DNA of 64,000 nt from Christensenellaceae bacterium (GCA_031259085.1 JAIRMA010000058.1:1628-65627); one strand, 5' to 3'; positions 51,318 to 61,209 are shown, counted from the stretch's first letter. Notes: generated from the letters alone by a model not told the origin. Program-made: numbers and translations.

Positions 51318-52889
51318 ATGGTTCAACTTATAGCAATAGCTTCGAGCACAGAAATTCTCTTTCTCGTACTTATCTTATTAGCTTGCATAGGCCTTATTCT
51401 AATTTTTATACGTTCAATATTAAGAGAACGTCGCAGAATAGCTGAACAAAAAGAGAAAGAAGGGACTTTGACTACAGATGAATTTTTTGATTTGCTTGGA
51501 AAGATTCTTGATGCTAGCAAAAAATCAACCCTCGTGTTATTAAGAATTGATATTTTTGATAGCATGGCGCTTTTTAAAAGCGTGGGGGAAATGCAGTATA
51601 ACACGGCATTCGAACAACTAATCAGCAGAATTTATCAAGTAATGGGCCTTAATATTAAGGTCGCAAGACAAGACGACGATCTCGTATATGTTTATATGCG
51701 AACAAATAAAATCGGAAATGCAAATCTAGATAATTTGTGCAGAACACTAATTACTGAAATAAATAAAAGTATTATTATCGCTGGTATGTTAAAAGTTGAT
51801 TTTGATATCAATGTGGGCGTTGTAACCTATCCTGGGGGAGGCAAGACCGTTGATGCAATTCAGCAAAACCTACAATTAGCTGTTGTTGCTGCAAAACGAA
51901 AAGGTATTAATCAATACGCTTTCTATGATATTTCATTAACTAACCAAGAGAGTGATGAATATAAGAGCTTCCTCGAAATCAAATCGGCAATTGACAACAA
52001 AGACTTTACGTTATATTATCAGCCTATAGTTAATCTTTCAACCTTAGAGGTGGCCTCTGCCGAATCGCTATTGCGTTGGAAGCATAAAGAACGTGGCATA
52101 TTACCACCTAGCTCATTCTTAAGTGTTATGGAACATACTGGAGACATAAACTGGGTAGGCTTTTGGGCTTTAGAAAATCTTTTTAAACAGCATGCAAGCT
52201 GGATTACTCAATATCCTGACATCACTTTTTTCTTATCAACTAATCTTTCCGATAAGCAATTAATGAATCCGCAATTAGCAGAGGAAGTTCGACGCCTAGC
52301 TAAGAAATTCAAAATCTCACCAATCAATTTCTGCTTTGAGATATTACAATCCTGTTTTGAAACTGCATCTGCTGATTCAATGATTATAAATAATGTCAAG
52401 GCATTAAAAAACATGGGCTTCTTAATAACTATAGACAATTTTGGTGCATCAGATACCTCTCTTAACAGCATAATCAGTATAGTCAATGTTGATATGATAA
52501 AATTGTCACGAGGTTATATTAATCAATCTGTAAATAGTGAATTCACTTACGATATGATTAAAATGCTTGTCGGATATGCTAATAAAAATGATATAAAAAT
52601 GGTGGCAGAGGGTGTTGAAACTGCTGAGAATCTAGAATACATAAAGAAGTTAGGAATTCAATATGGACAAGGTTTTTATTTTGCAAAACCTGGCGCACCA
52701 GCAGATCTAATGAATGCAGTTGTTATGACACCTTGGACTGCTAATGTTGTGGCTCCTACCAAACCTCAAACAATCGTAGTAGAGCCTGATGATATGCCAG
52801 AAAATGAGCCTTTGGAAACAGCTGATACAGCACCTGTTGAAACTGTAACTGAGGACATCTTGCCCACCTCTGACGAAATTACTAATTGA
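51318..52889 (+). CDS. Membrane protein with degenerate GGDEF and degenerate EAL-like domains
   Basis: 523 aa with an N-terminal TM. EAL-like domain carries substitutions (ESLLRW, FEILQS, IDNFG, KLSRGY) but retains EGVET and GQG. Confidence 0.7.
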   Translation: MVQLIAIASSTEILFLVLILLACIGLILIFIRSILRERRRIAEQKEKEGTLTTDEFFDLLGKILDASKKSTLVLLRIDIFDSMALFKSVGEMQYNTAFEQLISRIYQVMGLNIKVARQDDDLVYVYMRTNKIGNANLDNLCRTLITEINKSIIIAGMLKVDFDINVGVVTYPGGGKTVDAIQQNLQLAVVAAKRKGINQYAFYDISLTNQESDEYKSFLEIKSAIDNKDFTLYYQPIVNLSTLEVASAESLLRWKHKERGILPPSSFLSVMEHTGDINWVGFWALENLFKQHASWITQYPDITFFLSTNLSDKQLMNPQLAEEVRRLAKKFKISPINFCFEILQSCFETASADSMIINNVKALKNMGFLITIDNFGASDTSLNSIISIVNVDMIKLSRGYINQSVNSEFTYDMIKMLVGYANKNDIKMVAEGVETAENLEYIKKLGIQYGQGFYFAKPGAPADLMNAVVMTPWTANVVAPTKPQTIVVEPDDMPENEPLETADTAPVETVTEDILPTSDEITN

Positions 52890-52926
52890 TTTAATGTTGA
52901 CAACTTTATTATGTTTTGTCCTTATG

Positions 52927-52953
52927 AGGCCCTGATTTCAAGCAGGGCCTTTT
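52927..52953 (+). terminator. Hairpin terminator after the c-di-GMP operon
   Basis: AGGCCCTG-atttcaag-CAGGGCCT followed by TTTAATATT. It lies between convergent genes. Confidence 0.55.
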
Positions 52954-52970
52954 AATATTAATCCCTATAG

Positions 52971-54443
52971 TCACAATAGTATACATAACACACCACCTCT
53001 ATTCTCATTAATAACTCTTGTCATTGTTTTTTTGATTTTGCGTCGAACATCGATAGGCATACCTTTTATCTTATTAGACATGTCATCACGTACTAAATCA
53101 CTTAATGATTTGCCAAACAAATTCGCATTCCATATTCCAGATTTATTATTTTCAAACTCATGTGTTAAATGTCTTACTAAATCCTCTGACTGTTGTGCGC
53201 TCCCAATTGTAGGACTTATTTCAGTCTCAACATCAACTCTTACAATATGAATCGAAGGAGCTACTGCCTTTAATTTTACTCCAAATTGATCACCCTTTTT
53301 TATCAAATCTGGTTGCGCAAGCTCTAATTGCTCCATTTGCGGTGCAACTATACCATAACCATCTGCATACGCCTCATCTAGTGCCGCCTTTATTTTTTCA
53401 AAAGCATTATGTCCATTACAAGCTTTTATCATGTGGCACATTAAACTCTGCTCATCAGATATTTCTTGTCCACATTCTTTAGATAAAACTTCATAGAAAA
53501 CACCATCCACTGCTTTATAATCAATTCTAATTTTACCCGTTCCCGCATCGGCTTCAATGTCGGGATCATTTTGTAATATCTTCGAGTCGATAAATGCATT
53601 ACAAATGTTTTCATAGTCCTTCATTCTTAAAATTGATATATTTGCTGACTTTAAAGCATCTATAATTTCTGTTATCACTGCGTTCTCTTGAGACAATGCT
53701 CTCATCCATGTTGGCAAATTGATTTCTATTGTTTGTATTGGAAATTCCATAAGGACTGTATTTAATACTCTGGAAAAATCTTCTGCCGTGCTGGCCTCTA
53801 TGTTTAATGGTAATACTGGAGTATCATATTTCAAGCTAAGTTTATTCGCGAGATATATAACCTCCTTTGTGTTTGGTTTTATGGAATTTAGAATTACAAT
53901 AAATGGCTTTCCTATATCTTTTAGCTCTTTTATGACATTTGATTCCGCATCGCTATACTTCTCCCTAGTAATGTTAGTTATAGTCTCATCAGCTATAATA
54001 GCAACTCCTATTGTACAGTGATCTCTTATTACCTTGTTAGTGCCAATTACGGCAGCCTCCTGAAAAGACATCTCAGTGTCATCCCATGGCGTTCTTATCA
54101 TTCTTGGTTTTTCATTCTCCAAATGTCCTGTCACACCATCAACAACATATCCAACACAGTCAATGAGGCGCACGTTAATAATAGCTTTATCTAGGTATAT
54201 TTTAACTGCTTCTGCTGGCACAAATTTTGGTTCCGTGGTCATGATCGTTCTTCCGTCAGCGGATTGTGGTAATTCATCTATGGTTCGCGTGCGCTTCCCC
54301 TCATCTTCAATATTATCTATTACCAACGTTTCCATGAACTTTTTAATGAATGTTGATTTGCCAGTCCTGACTGGGCCGACAACCCCAATATACACATCGC
54401 CACCTGTTCGTTTAGCTATGTCCATATATATGTTGTGATCCAT
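52971..54443 (-). CDS. spoIVA: Stage IV sporulation protein A (spore coat morphogenetic ATPase)
   Basis: DIAKRTGGDVYIGVVGPVRTGKSTFIKKFME (Walker A). Start placed at the ATG at 54443, because the GGAGG RBS lies inside the track's 4-codon N-terminal extension. Confidence 0.9.
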   Translation of the reverse strand: MDHNIYMDIAKRTGGDVYIGVVGPVRTGKSTFIKKFMETLVIDNIEDEGKRTRTIDELPQSADGRTIMTTEPKFVPAEAVKIYLDKAIINVRLIDCVGYVVDGVTGHLENEKPRMIRTPWDDTEMSFQEAAVIGTNKVIRDHCTIGVAIIADETITNITREKYSDAESNVIKELKDIGKPFIVILNSIKPNTKEVIYLANKLSLKYDTPVLPLNIEASTAEDFSRVLNTVLMEFPIQTIEINLPTWMRALSQENAVITEIIDALKSANISILRMKDYENICNAFIDSKILQNDPDIEADAGTGKIRIDYKAVDGVFYEVLSKECGQEISDEQSLMCHMIKACNGHNAFEKIKAALDEAYADGYGIVAPQMEQLELAQPDLIKKGDQFGVKLKAVAPSIHIVRVDVETEISPTIGSAQQSEDLVRHLTHEFENNKSGIWNANLFGKSLSDLVRDDMSNKIKGMPIDVRRKIKKTMTRVINENRGGVLCILL

Positions 54444-54470
54444 CGCTACCTCCATAGCTTGATTTTTTAT

Positions 54471-54499
54471 AATATATGCACTTTTTATAATTATTATGA
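54471..54499 (-). promoter_or_regulatory. Candidate sigma-E-type (mother-cell) promoter of spoIVA
   Basis: The minus strand reads TCATAAT-N14-CATATATT. I compared it with my recollection of the sigma-E consensus (ATATT-N14-CATACAnT). Confidence 0.35.
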
Positions 54500-54773
54500 C
54501 CTTATGGTTTTAAGTGACATGCTTTTTTTTAAAGTATCTTCTCTTTCCATGAAAATTGATTCCTGGATTTTTCATGTCCCAATTAAAGCTATGACTTAAA
54601 GTGTAGTGTTTTTGCCCTTTCATGAGATCATTGAATTAGATTTTTTAGAGATGATCAAAAAAAAAGAAAATAAGCAGATTCATTTCACACATTAATTTCA
54701 TTTTAAATTTATCTTAAATTAACACTTTAATATTATACTAATTTTGCAAACTAGTCCTTATTGGAGGGCACCT

Positions 54774-57179
54774 ATGCTCAGCCTAAAAAACATAGTAAAA
54801 GATTACAAGGTCGGGGATAATATAGTCGTTAATGCACTTAGAAATCTGACTTTAGATTTTCGGAAAGCCGAATTTGTATCAGTTGTAGGCCCATCTGGAT
54901 GTGGTAAAACCACATTAATGAATATCATCGGTGGTCTGGATCGTGCTACTTCAGGCGAAATTACAGTGAATGATCGAAGAACTAGGACGTTTGATGATAG
55001 TGATTGGGATAACTATAGAAACAAACGTATCGGATTTATCTTTCAGAACTATTATTTAATACCTCATTTATCAATCTTAGCAAATGTAGAATTGTCACTA
55101 ACTCTTGCTGGGATCACAAAGAGTGAACGAACATTACGTGCAACCGAGGCGCTTAACAGCGTTGGTCTAGAAGATCAAATAAACAAAAAACCAAATCAAT
55201 TGTCTGGTGGGCAGATGCAACGTGTAGCAATTGCCAGAGCGCTTGTAAATAATCCTGAGATTCTTTTAGCTGACGAACCTACTGGTGCTCTTGACACATC
55301 TACTAGCATGGCAATAATGGATTTAGTTAAAAAAATATCTAATGATCGATTGGTTATAATGGTCACTCATAATAAAGAACTATCTGAGCATTATTCTACT
55401 AGGATAATACAGATGGTCGATGGCCAAATAACTGCTGATTCTAATCCATATGATCAGATGGCAGATGTAAAACATCTAGATTCAGTTGAACAAACAAGAG
55501 CAACAGATACAATATCATCAGTTGCTAAACGCGAACTTAAAAAAGCTCAAAAAAAGTCATCTATGTCTTTTTTAACTGCGCTCTCCTTAAGTTTCAAAAA
55601 CCTACTGACTAAAAAGGGACGAACGATTGTCACATCAATCGCTGGATCCATTGGAATAATTGGTGTTTCACTGATCCTAGCTTTATCCCAGGGCATGAAT
55701 AATTATATTTCTAAAATGCAATCGGATATGATGTCATCATATCCAATTCAAATTGATACAACTGCTTTTAATATTGGACAACTGTCGAACTATTTGGCAA
55801 ATGGTACTAATAATCTAGAAAAATTCCCTGACTCTACTATTCAAAAATTATTTCCATCGTTTGTGCAACCCAGAACAACAACAAACAATATAACACAAGA
55901 TTATATTGATTATCTTTTGAATACATCAGTATTAAGTCCAAGTTTATATAACGATATTATATTTGATACTGGAATGACAAAAAACATTTATGGCGTTTTG
56001 CAGGGTGCCACACAATATTCTGGCGTATCCACTCAATTTACTCAAATGTTAAGCCTGGATTTCCTGAATACTCAATATGATGTAATTTCAGAGGAAGGTA
56101 AAATGCCTAGTAATATAAATGAGGTAGCTCTTGTCGTCAATGAACACAACTCTTTGCCTGAAAATCTCCTCTATACCTTAGGATTAGGTCCTCTTCCAGA
56201 GGCTGGCGCTACTAGCACTACAGTGTCAGAAATAGACTTTTCTGAAATTCTTGGCCATGAATATAAAATTGTAACTAATAATGGATACTATAAAGAAGAG
56301 AATGGTTTGTTTGAGGCTCTAGACGTAGACGATATTGATTTTGACAGCTCTAATATTATTGTTTTAAAATTAGTTGGAATACTTAGAATCAATAAAAGCA
56401 CTGATACTGGAGTATTAAACAATGGTATTGTTTATTATCCAGGATTAAATGAAGAATTATTATCAATTAATTCTAATTCTGACATTGTTAAGTGGATGCA
56501 AAATTCAGATAATTATCTTAAAAATCCATTAACCGGCAAGTTGTATGAGGACGATTTAACTGGTACAGCTGATGAAAATTGGACGAAAGTCTTGCGCAGG
56601 TTAGGTGGCGTTTCAACACCAAGCTCAATTAAAATTTATCCAAAATCATTCGAAGCAAAAAATCAAATCAAAGAAATTTTGGATAATTATAATATTGGTA
56701 AATCTACAGATGATGCTATACAATATAATGATCTTTCAGAAATGATAATTAGCATTATGGAGCAAATGGTCAATGTAATAACATATGTCTTAATTGGGCT
56801 TACAGCTATATCGTTAGTAGTATCAAGCGTAATGATCTCTATAATCACATATGTTTCTGTAATAGAGAGAACAAAAGAAATAGGGATTTTAAGAAGTATT
56901 GGCGCTAGAAAACGTGATATTACAAGTGTGTTCATTGCGGAAACCTTTATCATAGGTTTTATATCTGGCACAATTGGAGTGATAATGGCATATATCCTAT
57001 CAATACCTATTAATTTGATAATTAATGTTCTAGCTGGAATAACTAACATAGCATCGCTTAGTCCTATATCCGCTGTATTCATGATTTGTGTTAGTATTGT
57101 TTTAATGGTTTTAGCAGGATTTTTACCAGCAACATTCGCGTCAAAGAAGGATCCCGTTGCAGCATTACGTACAGAATAA
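54774..57179 (+). CDS. Fused ABC transporter: ATPase plus FtsX/MacB-type permease
   Basis: Start placed at the ATG at 54774 (GGAGGG RBS). GPSGCGKTT, LSGGQMQR and LLADEPT motifs, then a large extracytoplasmic domain flanked by TM helices, with FtsX-like helices at the C-terminus. Confidence 0.85.
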   Translation: MLSLKNIVKDYKVGDNIVVNALRNLTLDFRKAEFVSVVGPSGCGKTTLMNIIGGLDRATSGEITVNDRRTRTFDDSDWDNYRNKRIGFIFQNYYLIPHLSILANVELSLTLAGITKSERTLRATEALNSVGLEDQINKKPNQLSGGQMQRVAIARALVNNPEILLADEPTGALDTSTSMAIMDLVKKISNDRLVIMVTHNKELSEHYSTRIIQMVDGQITADSNPYDQMADVKHLDSVEQTRATDTISSVAKRELKKAQKKSSMSFLTALSLSFKNLLTKKGRTIVTSIAGSIGIIGVSLILALSQGMNNYISKMQSDMMSSYPIQIDTTAFNIGQLSNYLANGTNNLEKFPDSTIQKLFPSFVQPRTTTNNITQDYIDYLLNTSVLSPSLYNDIIFDTGMTKNIYGVLQGATQYSGVSTQFTQMLSLDFLNTQYDVISEEGKMPSNINEVALVVNEHNSLPENLLYTLGLGPLPEAGATSTTVSEIDFSEILGHEYKIVTNNGYYKEENGLFEALDVDDIDFDSSNIIVLKLVGILRINKSTDTGVLNNGIVYYPGLNEELLSINSNSDIVKWMQNSDNYLKNPLTGKLYEDDLTGTADENWTKVLRRLGGVSTPSSIKIYPKSFEAKNQIKEILDNYNIGKSTDDAIQYNDLSEMIISIMEQMVNVITYVLIGLTAISLVVSSVMISIITYVSVIERTKEIGILRSIGARKRDITSVFIAETFIIGFISGTIGVIMAYILSIPINLIINVLAGITNIASLSPISAVFMICVSIVLMVLAGFLPATFASKKDPVAALRTE

Positions 57180-57200
57180 TTTATCCAATTCGGTTTATCA

Positions 57201-57251
57201 ACAGATGGTGTTTTTATGCACAAAAATACCATCTGTTTTTTAACAGATGGT
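57201..57251. terminator. Bidirectional terminator built from three copies of one arm
   Basis: Plus strand: ACAGATGGTGTTTTT-atgcac-AAAAATACCATCTGT followed by T6 (ends the ABC gene). Minus strand: ACCATCTGTT-aaaa-AACAGATGGT followed by ATTTTT (ends tRNA-Ser). Confidence 0.65.
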
Positions 57252-57254
57252 GAC

Positions 57255-57343
57255 TGGCGGAAGCGGAGGGATTCGAACCCCCGCAGGCTTTCACCTAAAC
57301 GGTTTTCAAGACCGCCCCGTTATGACCACTTCGGTACGCTTCC
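57255..57343 (-). tRNA. tRNA-Ser (anticodon UGA), CCA encoded
   Basis: Minus-strand sequence GGAAGCGTACCGAAGTGGTCATAACGGGGCGGTCTTGAAAACCGTTTAGGTGAAAGCCTGCGGGGGTTCGAATCCCTCCGCTTCCGCCA. Has a 7-bp acceptor stem, anticodon loop CUUGAAA, long variable arm and a GGTTCGAAT T-loop. Confidence 0.9.
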
Positions 57344-57372
57344 ATAACACATGCTATCAGCATTGTATATCT

Positions 57373-57401
57373 ATTTTACATTTTTTTTGAAAATAATGCA
57401 A
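57373..57401 (-). promoter_or_regulatory. Sigma-A-type promoter for tRNA-Ser
   Basis: The minus strand reads TTGCAT, 17-nt spacer, (TG)TAAAAT. Lies about 30 nt upstream of the tRNA 5' end. Confidence 0.5.
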
Positions 57402-59217
57402 GAAATTAAGTGCTGCTTTTTTTAAGATTTTAAAATATATCACGGTTTACATTATTATGGGTTTTTGTTAGCAAAAATGCACCCAAATGCCTTAAGTACA
57501 CGTTTCAAGTATTGAATTGTTTTATTACTAATTCACTTATGCTTTTTATTTGTAGCATTTGGATAAAAAAATCTGGCAATTTTATTCACGTCTTTTACAC
57601 TTCAATTATATCACCCTTACCATTCACAGTTTTATGTCCTTAGAACATTTTATAAAATTATATCGCTTTTATTTCTTATTATTTTAATGCAACTAGTCTA
57701 TACTAATTGTTAGTAGCATGGGATCAATATCAATTTTTTTTATAACATCAGAGCAGTTTTGTTCATCTGTAATTTTCTTATATAATTTTTTCAAAGTACA
57801 TCGTATGATTTTTGATTTAATCTAAGCTCAAAAAGCATATTGTTAAAAACTGCAAATCTTAAGAGCTGATTCGTTCTATATAATTATTTTGAATTAATCG
57901 CTATAAGCCTAGATTTGACTTTGTAGAATTTAGAATCCGCTATTTTAAGATCAGGTCCCTTTATGTTGTATACGAGACCTCACACTCGTATTAAGTGAAA
58001 TTATCTATGAAGTCTCTAAACATATTGAATATTTTTATATAGTTAAAGTAGTATAATAATACTATATAGACATCCAATAAGAAAATCGCATTTAAACCGA
58101 ATTTGCATCCCTTTAATCTAGTTTGATTAAAAAATAATAAAGTATATGCATCGACAAAATTGTTTTTCTTAAAAAATATATAGATCCATGGACTTAAACT
58201 TCACATTTCTTTTTTAAGTGTAGTCTATAAAAGCATGTCTATTAAGCGCTCATCTTTTAAAAACTTAAAGTCTCGGGACGTTACCTTGAGCACATACTTA
58301 CATTTAATTAATTTATGTTGTTATATAATAATCTATGTAACATGATCAATAGAGCATGGATTACTAGAATATTTGTCTTTCGTAATTTCACATGGTAAAA
58401 GATGATTTGTAGCTGCTTTGATAATTATTTTAATCAATAATTAGAAATGGCATCTTTTCAAAGCTTCATGAGAAGAGGGTCTTTATATGTTTTGTAGCTA
58501 CCTGTCGCCGCACCACTACTTAAATTATACGAGCAGTTAATAAATATAGACTCACAATATCTTATATGAGGTGTTTGTTCGAGTTTGCACAAAGTAATTT
58601 GTAAGTCGTCAATTAGTCAGGTACTACAAATCGCATCAACAGGCTAAGCAATTAGACATAGAATAGGATTTTAAGCCCCGTAGAGCGCTGTATATTCATA
58701 TGCGTTAGCTAAACAGACCATTGCAACGCTATTTAAGTATTGTGTGTTTAAAATATGATATTACCCTTTTATAAAGCGATTATCAAATTTGACGTTGATG
58801 AGTATTGCAAGAATAACAAAAAACGAAGGTTTCGTTATAACAAGATATAGATGGGCTAGGAGTTTGATTTTAAAGCCCTAAGTTAAAAAAGACTATGCTG
58901 TATTAAATTAGTTTTAGTATCATGCCTTGCAAGTAGTAAGCACTATGGTTTGTGACTATTTTAATGATGCGCCTAGCTATCACATGCACAAATACTCAAA
59001 TGAGACAATTAAAAGAGGCTAACATCTTCAAGAGAGTGGGTCTCAATAAAAACGGATACTGAAAAGCAAAATTAAGTTAAAGGCTACGGCTTTTACCGTG
59101 GCTCTAAAACTCAATGATAAAGTTGTCAGTATGTGCTATTTAATGTTTAAAAAAAATTTCAATAGAATTATCAATTCTAAGACCTTCCTTGTATTGTTTA
59201 GCTGTGAAAATCTGTGC

Positions 59218-61209
59218 TTATGATAACGAAATCTTTTTGAATGTGTATTTTTCGCGATATTGCTCTAATAGTTTTTCATATTTTTTTACATCGATTAATT
59301 TTGATATTGCTTTTGCTATATTTACTATTTTGAGAGATGGATTAAAATCTGATTTTCCGCTTTGGTTTTCACCTAACCAATCTCCAGCTCCTCGTGTTTC
59401 ATAGTCTCTTTCCGCAATCCTCAATCCATCTCGTTCTGAAACAAGGACCTTTAATCGTATAATGTCTTCCTCTTCGAATTTGCGCGAATATAAAAAGCAA
59501 TATGACTTTTGTCCATCTCGCCCTATTCTTCCTCTCAATTGGTGGAGAGTAGCTAACCCAAATTGTTCCGCATCAAATATTATTAAAAGCGATGCGTTTG
59601 GTACATCTATTCCGACTTCTACGATTGATGTTGATACAAGTATTGAAACCTTGTTAGAGGAAAATTCCTCTAAACACTTACTCTTTTCACTAGACGTACA
59701 TTTGCCATGTATCATCGCTACGCTCACTATATCCTTAGACAACAATACTAGTTCTTTATACAATTTTTCGGCGGAGTCTCCTTCTATCCCCTCGTCATCG
59801 TATATCCTAGGCGCTACAATATATGCTTGCTTACCATTTCTGCACTCCTGTATAATATAATCTATCATTGCCTGTTTTTTTTCTGGAGGCACTATCGCAG
59901 TAATTACATTTGTAGGATCATGTCGTCTATCAATATTAATTAAATCAACATCTCCTAATATAGCAAGGCGGAGTGACCTTGGGATTGGCGTAGCAGATAA
60001 AGTTAGAACATCTGCATTCTCACTTTTTTTTATTAATGCCGTTCGTTGCGCCACACCAAATCTATGTTGTTCATCTATTATAACTAAACCCAAATCCTTA
60101 AAATCAACGCCTTTAGAAAACACAGCATGAGTTCCAATGACGATGTCAACTTCTCTGTTATTAATCTCGTTTTTCAATTTATTTTTTTTTTGAACGGTCA
60201 AACTACCTATTAAAAGAGCGCATCTCACATTAAATGGTGATAATATCTTATTGAAACTTTCTATATGCTGTAATGCTAAAATCTCGGTTGGAACTAAAAC
60301 TGCCACTTGTCTATCTGATTTTACAGCAAAATAAGCGGCTAATATTGCAACAATCGTCTTCCCACTTCCTACATCCCCTGCTAACATCGCATTTAAAAGC
60401 TCTTTGGATTTAAGAACTCCTATAATTTTTTCTTTTGCATTTTCTTGTGATTGAGTTAGTTTATATGGCAGTGCCTGTATAACTGGTTCTATAATATTTT
60501 TTGATGCATTATAATTTATTGTTCGTTTATTCTCTTGAGCAATATTGTAAGCACAAATTCTGCGTACTGTTTCTTCAATAAATATGCGTTCTCTCGCAGG
60601 TTTAATATCACTCATGAATTCTGGCTTATGTATCATCTGATATGCTTGAGTTAAATCCCCTATAGCATATGTTTCCTCAACATCCTTAGAAATAATAGAA
60701 AAAGCCTCAAAGTCAGTTAAAGCATCTTTAATAATTGCTACTATCGTGCTTTGTGGTAATATCCCTCGCACAGGATATATTGGTCTTATGCCTCTAAACG
60801 TAGAAAATGATCCAGATATGATTTCATAAACAGGATTAACTAATTCATAACATTCATTTTGAATTTTAATTTTCCCAAAACACCGCATTCTTTTATTAAC
60901 AGCTATTATTTTAGATACATAATTTGAATTAAACCATACAAGTTTAACCTTTATATCATCATTTGTATTAGCAAAAGCGCTGAAAATTTCTAACTTCCCT
61001 TTTTTAAACGGTTTTGAAACATATGTTATAAATAATTCTAAAGTAACAAAACTCCCATTCTCGGATTTTTTTAAGTCAGAAATGGCTTCTAAATCAATAT
61101 AATTTTTTGGTGTGAAATTAAGGAGATCGCGGGTTGTCTCTATGCCGAGTTTCTTAAGATTTACCATTATTTTCGGCCCAATAGACTTGATATTCCACAA
61201 GCCGCGCAT
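59218..61209 (-). CDS. recG: ATP-dependent DNA helicase RecG
   Basis: 663 aa with GDVGSGKT, DEQHRFG and helicase C motifs (QLRGRIGR). Confidence 0.9.
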   Translation of the reverse strand: MRGLWNIKSIGPKIMVNLKKLGIETTRDLLNFTPKNYIDLEAISDLKKSENGSFVTLELFITYVSKPFKKGKLEIFSAFANTNDDIKVKLVWFNSNYVSKIIAVNKRMRCFGKIKIQNECYELVNPVYEIISGSFSTFRGIRPIYPVRGILPQSTIVAIIKDALTDFEAFSIISKDVEETYAIGDLTQAYQMIHKPEFMSDIKPARERIFIEETVRRICAYNIAQENKRTINYNASKNIIEPVIQALPYKLTQSQENAKEKIIGVLKSKELLNAMLAGDVGSGKTIVAILAAYFAVKSDRQVAVLVPTEILALQHIESFNKILSPFNVRCALLIGSLTVQKKNKLKNEINNREVDIVIGTHAVFSKGVDFKDLGLVIIDEQHRFGVAQRTALIKKSENADVLTLSATPIPRSLRLAILGDVDLINIDRRHDPTNVITAIVPPEKKQAMIDYIIQECRNGKQAYIVAPRIYDDEGIEGDSAEKLYKELVLLSKDIVSVAMIHGKCTSSEKSKCLEEFSSNKVSILVSTSIVEVGIDVPNASLLIIFDAEQFGLATLHQLRGRIGRDGQKSYCFLYSRKFEEEDIIRLKVLVSERDGLRIAERDYETRGAGDWLGENQSGKSDFNPSLKIVNIAKAISKLIDVKKYEKLLEQYREKYTFKKISLS

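Noticed and set aside
58575-58590. GTTCGAGT resembles a tRNA T-loop, which suggested a degenerate tRNA inside the ORF-free tract.
   Set aside because: The flanking bases cannot form a T-stem or an acceptor stem.
57344-59217. A prophage or integrative island at the tRNA-Ser gene.
   Set aside because: No integrase, phage or other ORFs are present, and I saw no duplicated tRNA 3' end. At most this is a fully decayed remnant (see the corresponding finding).
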